Part shown: piece after piece, positions 49,001 to 60,539 of the stretch | Layout: each line of letters opens with the position of its first letter | Position numbering within the stretch: the stretch's first letter is position 1 | Source of the DNA: Oopsacas minuta | Lineage: Eukaryota; Animalia; Porifera | Direction: 5' to 3' | Length of the DNA: 64,000 bases | NCBI GenBank assembly: GCA_024704765.1 | Contig: JAKMXF010000288.1 | Span: 372,001-436,000 of the forward strand | The notes under the pieces: generated by a model | Told to the model about the DNA's origin: nothing | The model's input: only the letters and a program-made list of their open reading frames with translations | Databases searched by the model: none | Translations under genes and position numbers: made by a program

Positions 49001-52000
49001 TGCCACATTATTGAAATTTCATATTCTTGCCACAGACACAACAGTTCTTGCAATGTACATGCTATATCCATGCCACGCAGTCCATATTTATGTCTAAGAC
49101 CTGTAAAATTCATGAGGCAAGTTCTTGCAATGCTACCAAAATATTTAAAAATAGATACAAAAATTGGCTTCAATATATTATACATGTGTTTTATCATAAT
49201 ATACACTTTATGGGTGTATAATAATTACAAAATTATACAAGTGTTACGAGAATATTTCGTTGTGGTTCGATTTCAAACTCCTAATTGAGTCATAAGATTA
49301 ATAACAGTCCTGATAATCATCAATTCATCCAGCTGAGTCCTAATTTTAGCTATTTTAAAGTGTCCACGTTTAATTCCTGACAACTTTAACCTTTTTACCA
49401 AAACTGTTGATTCATCTTTACCCCTTTTATACTTGCTCCTCCTCCGCCAGGTGGTATTCTCTCTAGAACATTGACAAATCAAATTACAGTTTTGTTCCTT
49501 ATCTCATTTACAACTTTACCTTTTAAGAATGTCTGTTAATTTATTGAAATATTTACTTTCAAGTTTACCCGCAATTACTTTATTTATTTCAAACACATTT
49601 GGCGCACATCATGTGCTGAGCCTTGAGTGCTAAAGCCACTTTAACCACTTTTATAGAATCGAACAAATGTTCGACTTTTTGATAATTTTTGTTTCGTTAC
49701 CAAGGAAACCGCTTCCTTAATTATAGTTACGGAATGTAATACTTGCTAATGCAATATAATGTGGCTATTTTTTTCTATAATTTTAATGATATAATTACAT
49801 GATTCAACAATCTATTTTAGGAATTATACTGTAACCTTTTGACACAATCAGTTTCATATTTGTAGACCTGTTATTATTCAACCAATATAGACAAAACATT
49901 TGCATATTTCAAATCTAAACACTCATGAAAATTATTTAATATTTACATATTTACGTTCTGGATGGCAAAGGCGGATAAACAATTGAGTGTTGACGAAGAG
50001 TTTATCAGCAATGTAGATTCTAAAATATATCATTTGAAGGAGCAAGTCAAAAAGGATAAAGTTGAGATCAACGAAAAGTTTCGAGAATTAATACAGTCCA
50101 TACTGCAATGTCAAGAGAATGTTTTGGAAAGAATGGACGATACTTTGCATGAGGCTATAAGCGAGGTGACTAATCAAACTATCGAAATCACAAAATTGTC
50201 AGCAAATAAGGAAAATTTCAAAAGTGTGGGGAATGTCGGCATAGTAGATGAAATTCAAAACCAAATTCAGGATTGTAAGCTCCATGGCAAATATGTTCCA
50301 GAAATCCACATAAATTGGAAAATTGAACCACTTACGAAAGAGTTAGGTGAATTATGTCAAATAGAACCCACAAACCATCCTTATGCTTATTTAGGGGAAG
50401 ATTTGAATAGCATCAAAGCAGAAGGCATGCTTAAAAGCGTACCTACATCTTTCGAAATTGATGCGCGTAATGGAGATGTCTATCTTCTTTGTAATGAAGA
50501 TTCAGAGAATTTTGACTTCAGAATTTTAGTTGTTGATAAACTTGGCAAATCGAAATTCGATAGGAAGCTCGAGAGGAAATTCTGTCCAGTTGGCATGTGT
50601 GTGGGTGAAAATTCCTTTTTTGTGTCAACTAGTGGTGGCAGTGCCAAAGCTCAAATGGACTCTCACAGAAAAGAACTCCCAGTCGATACTGAAATCCAAC
50701 AGTATCAGGAAAATATCCTGAAGTTTGATAAAGAGAATGGAAAAATGGAAAACTTTCCAATAACTGATGTTAAAGAAATCGGCCTAATTGCATATGAACC
50801 TAAATCTAAATCTTTGTTCTTGCTCACCGGCACAAAAAATTCCCCTATTTTGCTTGTTTTCGATTCGGAAACAATATCGAGAAAGGCAAGTACGAATTTA
50901 GAACTGAGGTCTGGATATATTTCCTCTGCCCCAAAGATTCAAAAAATTGAAATTTTCAACGAAAATGTCATTTTGTTTTACGATAAATCCAAATACATCG
51001 ACGTTTACGATTTGGAAGGAAGACGTTTGTCATTTTTTCCTGATGGAGAATTTATTTCTCAGCTCACAACATCCGACGCTTGGGGAAATATCTTGGCATT
51101 CAATAAGAAGTCTAATGTCATGAAAATAATGGATAAAAATCACAAACTGTTGTCGCAGAGTGTCATCCAGTTAGATTGTGATCCAATAGACCTAAAGTTC
51201 AACATTTCAACTCACAAAGTTCTTTGTTGCGGCCTTGTGAAGGAATCTAAACTGAATCTAGTTCATTTATACATATAGTATTTTCTAATTTCGTTGCAGC
51301 AATATTATTTACTTCGTCTCCCTTTGAACCTTCCACAAGTTGCCTCCCATGACTTTTTCGAAAAGCAGAATTTGCCTCGCAGCCGCAGCCCCTTCCCCCT
51401 GTAAGGGAGTATTTGAACGGCCCCTAAGCAATCCCAGTCTGAGTCAAAACAAATTCTCTCAAACAAACAAATATACTTCACACTGAACAATATTATCCAA
51501 TTAGTTAACAGAAATTTATACTCATAAACATTAAGTAAACATTCCACACATACTTGTCATCACCATGGCAGCCTAATACTCAATTTCCTTCCTGAGTTTA
51601 GTGATCATCATTTCGCGTTTGAGTGCGTCAATTCTTGAAAACTCAATTTTTGTTACTTTGTGTTTATCAAAAACTTTTACATCCGTTTCGGCGATCAGCC
51701 GTGCAACTTCCCAGTCAGCGAAGTCAAAAACTTCCCCCTCAATTGCATACCCTTTCATTTCTTTAGCCACACGCTCTGCTTCCAAAAGCAACAATTTTGA
51801 TACTCCTCGTTTTTGGAAATTTACACTTACGGCCACTGCTTCTAAATATATAATTTTCTTCATTTCATTCTCTATATTTTCCATATAATGACTGATTGAG
51901 AGTGAACCGATCATTTCATCGGTTGCCTTCAGAAATGCGATTAATATTCTCCCTTTTTCCCGTGTTTCTTCAAAAATTTCGGGTGTAAACCTCACATATT

Positions 52001-55000
52001 TTTGTAAATCAATATTTTCGTTATAACCCTTGTCAGAGTTAAATGCATTGTTTACCATCTGAATGCATTCTAAGGAAGTTGATTGGTCAACATCTCTGAA
52101 AATTACTTCATGTTGCTTGATTTTTGACACTTCTTTTGAGGCCATTTTTTTTGGAAATTTTTTTTCACGAATTTATATTTATTTTTGCATGTTGTCATCT
52201 ATAAATTATTTCATAATAATGATTGTATTTTGGGGAACCATAGGAACACAGTTCTCATTAATTATTTTATTTGGCGCCTAATACGTGTTAATTTGATTAT
52301 ATAAATTGACATCGATATGTAGATAGATCCATCAAACAAAATATCGAATTGAATCACTTTTACATTGTTTTTACATTGCCGCCAAATTTATATATATTAC
52401 AAAAACAAATCCCGCGTGTTTGACCCTCATATGGCGCTAAAAATATTAAAGTTCCAGTAATGGCGCTCAAATTTTTAGGAGCTTTAATATGCGTTAATTA
52501 AAAAATCATATTTAATTGGTCGATTCGCGCCCCTCTTGTCAATATCATTTGACTTTAACTAATAGAATCGTTGATTTGAGTGAATACTCATTCTATTTTC
52601 ATCTGTCTCCCTTTGGGTTTGGCGCCTGAATTTCATAAACTACAGGAAATATTCTTTTCAAAGATAATTAATCTGGCGCTCTTCAGCTAATAACCATTAT
52701 GTATAAATATCAATATATGTAAATTTACAGGTCTTGGGTGGCATAACTCATCCTACGACCATCTGACCACATTTATTCAATATGTGTACTCCAGACTATT
52801 CATATTAAAATCATGCTAATTTGGGGAAAGTTTGTGAAAAATGTTTGGACCGCTGGCGTAATCTGTCCCCCAACCTGGTGTTAATTGGTCCCTAAGGGTT
52901 CTCACACAGCTTGTGGCTGAGAGAAGGTTCGATGGTTTGTAAACACCCTTAAAGTGGAATGTGCCCATAAATTCCATTTTTCCCCACTATCTTGTCGAAA
53001 ATTAGTTCAGTCAAACTGTTATTCTCTCCCTAACAACCAATAGTTGACTAGGAATGCAAAGTTCTGAGATGCTAGCCAATCTAATAATCACAAACCAAGC
53101 AATGAATCGTGGAAATTGAATTTGTACAAAATGGTTTCTAACTTTTTAGGTTTTAAATAACTTCCTTACAATCCTAGAAACATGAAAAGGGTTGATTATA
53201 ATAAACCCATATTTGTAAGAATATTCTATGGCTCTGCGACACTATTTACTTCCCACATCTGTTCCAAATACGAAGAATAATGTGACACTATTGTTTGTGA
53301 CAACAATTATGTTTTATCCTGTTGTTTACGAATTCTTATAGAAATTGTTTGTTTACTGTTAGTGACACAAATATTTGAAAATTTGGAAATCAGGTTTGGC
53401 ACCTAGCGGACACTGAAAATATTCACACCTTTTGAGAGATTAAAAAGTGAAACGTTGAGCAAATATTCGTTTGTTAATTTCAACTTAGAACTCGCACTAA
53501 ACTGATATATTTTCTTAGTTACTAAATTGGCAATAGGAATGTTCAATTTTGTAGACCTCTCACTAACAAACCAGATACGTCTAGGCTATTAAGGTATTAC
53601 ATAGCAACCAAGATTAGCATTAGAATGTATGCTCGATAGTTCACAACAGTATGCATATGTTTCCACATAGTTTTATTATCACCATAGCACCTTAATAGTA
53701 TTATGGAATGCCTCTTTAACCTTATACGGAGATTGGAATTTGTATTTATAATAACTTCACCCCTGGGGCGTGTTCAGAGATTTTATCCACAAAATGGTTG
53801 AGCCACAATTCATGCCACATTTGAAACCCTCCAATCTGATTGGGTCATAAAATTACTTGAAAATAACATGATGAACATCCTTATGACTAACCAACAGGTT
53901 TCAGAATACACTTGCTGTTACCTCACGTCACTTATCTGTCAAGAAATGGTTTCATATTGAACTTAAACAAATAAGATTTTTGTTGTTTGTGAACCCAAAA
54001 TGTTTATTGCCATTTTTATGGCATGTTGAATAGATTAAAATTATAGCATTGATGGTTGCCTTAGATAGTGGTCATTCATCTTTTGAATATTATTTGAGAA
54101 TTCGTATGGTCTCTTTGAGATATTTTGCTACGCGTCCGGACTGAATGAGGGATCTCGTAAGAACTTTGCTATAGGATATTTTACAGGCCCCAAGTTTGGG
54201 TACCTGGGGGATCTGGAAAAGTATCAAGAATTCTGTGTGTTGTCCTCCTAGTTTGATTATGTTTCCGAAAAATTGGCGCCTTTATGGATTTGACCTCTAA
54301 CACACCTCAGGGTGGTCTATTGAAAAGTGTCGAATTCCAAACCACAGTCCTACATGGTTGTTTTTAAATTGGCCACTTTGGTAAATAAACATATGTCACA
54401 GCAATGACGTGAAATTCGAATTATTTGTAAGTAGTTTTTGGTTACAATTGTGGATTTCTGCCTTATCTGCTTACAATCATAGAATTACATATATATGTAA
54501 CCTTTTGGTTCCATTAATTAGCATAGCTTTATCTATATGATGTACCCAACTAATTGATTTTTAAGTATTTGAGGTTTATGCGTAAGTTGTCAGTTTAGAA
54601 ATGGAGCATTTTCCAAGAAGTAACCCGCGTATTTCGCTTTTATATGGCGCCTAAAAGAGAACTATTCCAGTAACTGGCCCTTAAACTTCAGTACTTGTGA
54701 TAGAACATGTAAATTTTTATATATTTCATTGAATAGGAATCCTTTTGTCCTATTCTCGTGTGATGCATGCTTTGTAGTATTACACATTCCTTCCATTCAC
54801 CATAGCAACCATGAAAACGTCTTAGATATTTTTGATGATTTTTCCTTAAAATTGATTTGATTTGCAATTTCTTATACCCATTAGTATTTCTTTACAAAGG
54901 TTGTGCTTGGTTGTTAATTAAGATGGCCAGTTCAGCAGCCATAAAGGACACAAAGTGCCGACCCTGAGGCTCAATTGGTGCAGGATCAATATGTTACGGT

Positions 55001-58000
55001 CAAAAAGTGCTGGCTCATACATTCCTAGAGAAAACCCTGTTTGCGTCACGTTTTTCCATGATTTGCGCATGATTGCCCGCGTGTATCGCCAAACAATCAT
55101 TTAATCATATTTGAGCGCGTATTTATAACAAAGTTCAATTGTTCAAACCCCAAACTCTAATTTTCAAATCACTTAAGTTTTGGAATGAAGTGATATCTCT
55201 AAAACTGCTTATAATTGTATTAACGTGATATCTCCGCACAGCCAAATTGCAACTTCTTTAATTTACTTAAAGCAGTTTCCACATTATTATTTATAGAAGT
55301 TTGCGTAAGGTCCTGGACAATTATTATAATTTTGAACATTAAGGGGTAGTTGTATAGCAAACACTTTCGACACAGCTCGTGTCGAAGGAGTTTATTGAGT
55401 ATCATTCCTCACAAAAATATGAGAAAATTATCACCAAAACCCGCTATATTGACTTGTATTGTTGTTGTTATTATTAATCTGTTTACAACAATAATTCATT
55501 CTAAACAAAAAATAATTAAACCCAAGCTTAATTCAGTTACAAAATTCATTTCTTAAATACCAATCAATTCCCATTAATCAATAAATGTCAATCATTCAAC
55601 TGTTTAATAATTAAATATTCATATTTACTATTTTGTATACAATTGGCGACGAAATATGATTAATTCACGCCTCACTACTCCCTTGATAATTGAATATTTT
55701 GAAAGTTTTGTTCATTTTTCTGAGAGTTTTTGATTTCCTTTCTTTTCCAATAATTTCATTTTGTTCCTCAAAACTGTGAATTTCATTTTTGATTTCGAGA
55801 ACTGATTTTGATTGGAGGAGAGAAGACATTCCAGATGGCGCGTTCGGTTTCAAATACTCAATCGCCCGCCTAGAATTATTATCCCGCAATTTTATATCAG
55901 CTCTAAATTCAACTACTAACGTCTCTACTACATTCCATTTCCCAGATTGCGTTGCTAGGTGTAGAGGTGTAGAACCTGACACTGACCGGATGTCAATTAA
56001 GGCGCCAGAAGTTAATAACATTGCGATAATATCATTCCGACCCTTTTTTGCTGCCCAGTGGAGTGCGGTGTACCCAAAAATATGGTCCGCACAGTTCACT
56101 AAATGTGTGTCTCGCGTTAAGAGTCTTAAAATAGAATCCGCATCACATTCTCTGGCGCTTTTATTCCACGAATTCCTATCGTTCTCTTTGATCTCTAAGG
56201 AAGCTTCTAAATCCAAACTGCTGGAATTCAGTGAGGACTCTAAGGATTTTTCTGGCGAATATGTCGGCTGCTCGCCTGTACTTATTCGCTTATGAATCCA
56301 TTTCTTGTTGTTAAAAGTGTCAAAAATGGCATGAATTGAGTGTCTGTGTTTGTCACTTTTTTGGGCTTGTAGATTTATTTTATTTTGTAACTCGTCTAGA
56401 TCTTCTTTCATCAGCTGTTCCAAATTTTCAGATTTTACTCTTTGGTGATTGCAGTTGGATTTTGGTACTCCACCAATGAACTGTAATTTCGTCTCTTTCC
56501 GAGATGACGATCCTCGTTCGCTGTTCGAATCATCACTCCATTTTGTATCCACGTATAGTGGAGAACTTGTTTGACTGAGTCGCTTAGGAAATTTTATTCT
56601 GCTATTTGCCCCCAAGTGGTCTTGTGGTGATGAAATATCATATTCTCTACAAATGCCACTTTTATTCAATTCATTCAAGAGCTCTAGCGACGCATTTTTT
56701 TGGAAATTCGTTTGACGAGATAAAATTTCAATCATTTTAAAACCCAGTTCTTGTATAATATATAGAAATTGGCTAGTAGCTGATATTTATATACTATTAA
56801 GACTATTTTAAACTGGAACTTAAAATGGAACTAAGGATTCTAGGGACTTTATATGAATCTTTCTATGTGTGTAAAATATCTTATTTTAAATTTACATATG
56901 AATATTACTTTGAAAAGCGTTTTGTTGGTGTCCATTGTCGAATTTTTTTGTACAATGTGGGTAAACACTTAATTGCCAACTTTGGCGCCTTTCATCATTG
57001 AAAAATTGTTCATCAATTTTAAGGGGATCCCCAAACTCCTTCCCTTCTTCACGCTAATTTATATTATTTATTCTTTTAGGTTAAAATTAGTGACTTTGGG
57101 ATGACACGATTCCTACCCACTGAACAGGACTTGATTCAAACTTTCACACCTCAAAAGGTCCCATATGCATGGTAATATTCCTAGAAATACACATAAATTC
57201 ATATATTTCGAGAGGAAATGTCCTCAATGCAAAAATCCACGAAAATCGTAAAATTATGCCACTTGTGGTGACCTGTGCGGACACCTTAAAATTCCAAATT
57301 TTGATGCCTAGAAGGGTGTCATTAATAATGCTATCCAATTTGTAATTTTATTTATTGATGTAGTTCATGATATGAACTATATGGTTACCCGCCTAACGCC
57401 CACACCGCGTCACAAAAACACCCGCCAAATAGAATGGAGTTTTAGTTTCAATTCAAACCGCAGAAACTTTAATCGGGGTTTTAATCAATTAGGACTGCTA
57501 TAGAGGTGTTGGAGAGCGGGCAATATTCTAATGCAAATGATGTTTGGAGTTTTGCTGTAACACTTTGGGAGATATTTTCACATGGCGCCAAACCGTGGAA
57601 GGATTTAAATGTAAAGCAAGTAAGTTATACTGGACCATGGATGATATGATTAACTCTATTTGTTAAATGAATCAAGGATATTATGGGTGAATCTTACTCA
57701 CAAGTGGAAGTAGATTATGATGGTCAAAAAAGGTGAAATTCCAAAATGGTGGTCGCTGTCCAATTGGTTTATCCAGGAATTCTGCACTTTGTGTCCTTCA
57801 TGGCTGCTGAACTATAGGTGTCTGCCACACCTAGATTGAGGGCGCTGACCGCCTGTGGCACATGACTATTAGGCAGTTTTGAGTATATTTCTAATTAGGT
57901 TCTTGCTCAATTACAGATGGAAAACAGATTGGAACAACCATTTATTTGTAGTGAAGAAATTTTCTCTTTGATGTCAAGGTGTTGGAATAAGGAACCAAAG

Positions 58001-60038
58001 GAGAGATTAACATTTACTAAAATAATATCACAACTTGAGAGGGTAACAACAAACACACAAACACACAAACAAACAAACAAACAAACAAACAAACAAACAA
58101 ACAAAACAGATAAACATGCAAACAAACATACAAACAACAAACAAACAGACAAGCAGACAATCAATCAAACAAACAAACAAACAAACAAACAAACAAACAA
58201 ACAAACAAACAAACAAACAAACAAACAAACAAACAAACAAATACACAAACAAACCAATGAACAATATCTCTTATAGATGAAGCCTCAGTTTGCTATTGCT
58301 AAGATGGACTCTCCTTCCAACTTAGATGAGGATCAATGTGTCCCTTATAGGAAAGATGACATCATCAATATTGTTGAAAAGTGTGTTTATTGTTGTTTGT
58401 TGTTTGTTGTTGTTTAAGATTGTTTATTTAGGAAATTAGGAGATTATTGGATAGGACAAAGTCAAGTCAATCTTAAATCTGGATATGTATTATCTTCTGA
58501 TATGGAGACGGACACTAGGAGTGAGTTATCTACTTTTGTGCCAATTCTATTTAACACCTCTCTCTTGAGAAAGTTGGGGACTTCAAAACTGATCTGTGAC
58601 CTCTGAGGGAGGCTAGATGGTGCCCTGATTGGATACTTATCCCTTTGTTGTCTGTATGTAACATACGTATGCTTCATCATGGATTTCCTTCTTTCTCTTA
58701 GAAATCCATGCAATTCAAAGAATCAAATCCAAACGAAAAAAGCAACGAAATGTACCGACACCTCCACTACCACCACCACCACCATCAGAATATCAAAATT
58801 TGGATGATTTTGCCCAGTTTAGAAAGAAAAATATTGAACATGATGGTGATTCAGAACATCCATATGATAATCTAAGTGGATTTCAACAGGAGAATAATCC
58901 ACCAGATGATGAAACACCTGATATCGTTTATGAGGAACCTGATACTTTGAGCAAACCTTCAAAAGATCAGTAAGTTGCCTCCACCACTTTATCAAATGAA
59001 ATTTCGTTCCCTTTGTATTCGATTTTGGATATTTTCATATATTTTATATTTATCACCAAATTATATCCCCCGACTATTTTATCTTTTCCCCGCCAAAAAA
59101 ATAGGCGGGGAAATCATTAATAGGCGCTAAGTTAGTGATTTACTGGCGCGTGTTTTTAGAAGATATTTCTCAGTGTGTTTGGCGAATAGAATGAAGATAA
59201 CAGATTCTGTTGGCTATACTACCATGAGTCCTGGAGGAGTATTAGCAGAGAATAATGTGGACAGAGAACTGGAAGAGCGAGGTCTAGTTGGAGACGAGAG
59301 TGGATCTGAAAGTGAAGACCCTCCTTATCAGGAAATTGGTTTGTGGAAGGGTCGTTTGAAAGTAGAGTATACTGTATTTATGTATATATTTTAGCTAGAA
59401 GCTTCGATGCCTACGAAACACATCAAAGACAGGCAGATGAAGACAGTGACGGCTATCACCTACTTTCAGAAATTGACACGATTACATTACGAAAAATCGA
59501 CGGGGATTACAAACCGAAAAATGCATTCTATGATGATACTATTAATAGCGATTCAGCACTTACCCCTGAACAATTAACAATGAGAAAAAGAGCCAGTAAA
59601 ACTTTCGAAAAACGAGGAGATTTAAATCCTCCTCGTAAAAATAATTATGAAAATTCGCCCACATACCCGAAACCAATTCCACCACCTAAGTCCAATAAAC
59701 TGAAACTATTTAGCCGACAAAACACTGACACAAAAATAGTGAAGAAATATTCCAGACCCATAAATGAATCGATTTTATCCGCGGAATTTCCCCAAATTCC
59801 TGACAATGAAATAAGTGTAATTCTAGAAATGTCTTTGGGAAGTTTAACCGAAGCGAGGAAAGATGCAAAATTTCGTATTTTCCGTGAACACATGCTGGAA
59901 CAAAATCCAATGCTACAATCTGTATTTTGCTATGACGTATTTCAAAAATCTAATTTTGACTCGGAAAAAGCAGAAAATGTAATAATGGAAAAATATTCAA
60001 AAAGACGGGAAGATGGCTGCTATGAATATTTATCTTGA
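43014..60038 (+). CDS. TNK2: ACK/TNK2-like non-receptor tyrosine kinase (SAM-kinase-SH3-Tyr-rich tail-UBA-like)
   Basis: Exon 43014-43262 is a SAM domain. It is followed by GTGNFG (from 43457), VAVK, and [16 protein letters not shown] ending at 44144. The gene resumes at 57080 with VKISDFGM...[26 protein letters not shown] and CWNKEPKER, then SH3 exons at about 58278-58530 and a C-terminal UBA-like segment. The 3' exon boundaries are approximate. Confidence 0.85.
44170..44400 (-). mobile_element. MITE family A copy (inverted) at the start of the large kinase intron
   Basis: Reverse-complement match to 7017-7214; terminal GGCTACTATTCGA at 44388-44400. Confidence 0.8.
44503..48744 (-). CDS. 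NUP93: Nuclear pore complex protein Nup93 (multi-exon)
   Basis: Starts FDELLQKAQ...[11 protein letters not shown]; contains [37 protein letters not shown] and [15 protein letters not shown]. The last exon, translated by hand, is [28 protein letters not shown] with stop at 44503-44505. Confidence 0.93.
49962..51278 (+). CDS. Coiled-coil + NHL/beta-propeller-like protein (TRIM-NHL-like without RING/B-box), intronless, 438 aa
   Basis: Helical heptad-rich first ~110 aa, a W...L...LG.L linker, then beta-rich repeats (PTSFEID...[27 protein letters not shown]). Confidence 0.6.
   Translation: MAKADKQLSVDEEFISNVDSKIYHLKEQVKKDKVEINEKFRELIQSILQCQENVLERMDDTLHEAISEVTNQTIEITKLSANKENFKSVGNVGIVDEIQNQIQDCKLHGKYVPEIHINWKIEPLTKELGELCQIEPTNHPYAYLGEDLNSIKAEGMLKSVPTSFEIDARNGDVYLLCNEDSENFDFRILVVDKLGKSKFDRKLERKFCPVGMCVGENSFFVSTSGGSAKAQMDSHRKELPVDTEIQQYQENILKFDKENGKMENFPITDVKEIGLIAYEPKSKSLFLLTGTKNSPILLVFDSETISRKASTNLELRSGYISSAPKIQKIEIFNENVILFYDKSKYIDVYDLEGRRLSFFPDGEFISQLTTSDAWGNILAFNKKSNVMKIMDKNHKLLSQSVIQLDCDPIDLKFNISTHKVLCCGLVKESKLNLVHLYI
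51573..52145 (-). CDS. GNAT-family N-acetyltransferase, intronless, 190 aa
   Basis: Motif A: [29 protein letters not shown], preceded by a beta strand MIGSLSI. Confidence 0.8.
   Translation of the reverse strand: MASKEVSKIKQHEVIFRDVDQSTSLECIQMVNNAFNSDKGYNENIDLQKYVRFTPEIFEETREKGRILIAFLKATDEMIGSLSISHYMENIENEMKKIIYLEAVAVSVNFQKRGVSKLLLLEAERVAKEMKGYAIEGEVFDFADWEVARLIAETDVKVFDKHKVTKIEFSRIDALKREMMITKLRKEIEY
55665..56735 (-). CDS. Ankyrin-repeat protein, SOWAH (sosondowah)-like, intronless
   Basis: [17 protein letters not shown] and [14 protein letters not shown] ankyrin pair after a disordered N-terminus. Confidence 0.75.
   Translation of the reverse strand: MIEILSRQTNFQKNASLELLNELNKSGICREYDISSPQDHLGANSRIKFPKRLSQTSSPLYVDTKWSDDSNSERGSSSRKETKLQFIGGVPKSNCNHQRVKSENLEQLMKEDLDELQNKINLQAQKSDKHRHSIHAIFDTFNNKKWIHKRISTGEQPTYSPEKSLESSLNSSSLDLEASLEIKENDRNSWNKSARECDADSILRLLTRDTHLVNCADHIFGYTALHWAAKKGRNDIIAMLLTSGALIDIRSVSGSTPLHLATQSGKWNVVETLVVEFRADIKLRDNNSRRAIEYLKPNAPSGMSSLLQSKSVLEIKNEIHSFEEQNEIIGKERKSKTLRKMNKTFKIFNYQGSSEA
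58044..58260. repeat. (AAAC)n microsatellite-rich intron
   Basis: Long imperfect ACAA/AAAC array. Similar tracts lie at 7643-7689, 16190-16280, 42300-42420 and 45385-45420. Confidence 0.9.
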
Positions 60039-60539
60039 AGTATTTTATTTGTATATATTTTGCTATGATTTGTTGTTTTATGCTATTTTATATGTGTGAA
60101 CATTTGATGTTTGTGCTTCTGATAAATTTGGTGAGATTTTGGCGGGAGTCCCATTTTCTTTTCCTTCAAATACTCTCTCGATTTTGTTTGGTGACTATTG
60201 AGAGAGTATTTGCATATTTTGACCAATTATACACATTTCTTTGCTCTCTATGCCCAATATTTTGGTCCAATTAACCACCAATCTGCCCAAATGATGTTTG
60301 TTTGTAATAGAGTAGACTCTCTGGATAAGTGACAAGTTGGGGACATCGCTTCTGTCCGTTTTGGGAGACTCCACTGTATATATGTACACTACAGTCAGCT
60401 GTTATATCTAACATGGATATATCGAAACACCCGCTTATTTTGAGGTGTGAATTTTACAAATATGGTCACAAATCGTTAAAGTAACATATGCTCCATCGGT
60501 AATATAATTATCACGGTCCCTTGTTGTGTTGTTTATTAG

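Noticed and set aside
57907-58276. ORFs rich in FVCL or TNKQ (also at 7554-7751, 16088-16285 and 42497-42679)
   Set aside because: They are translations of (AAAC)n/(GTTT)n microsatellites.
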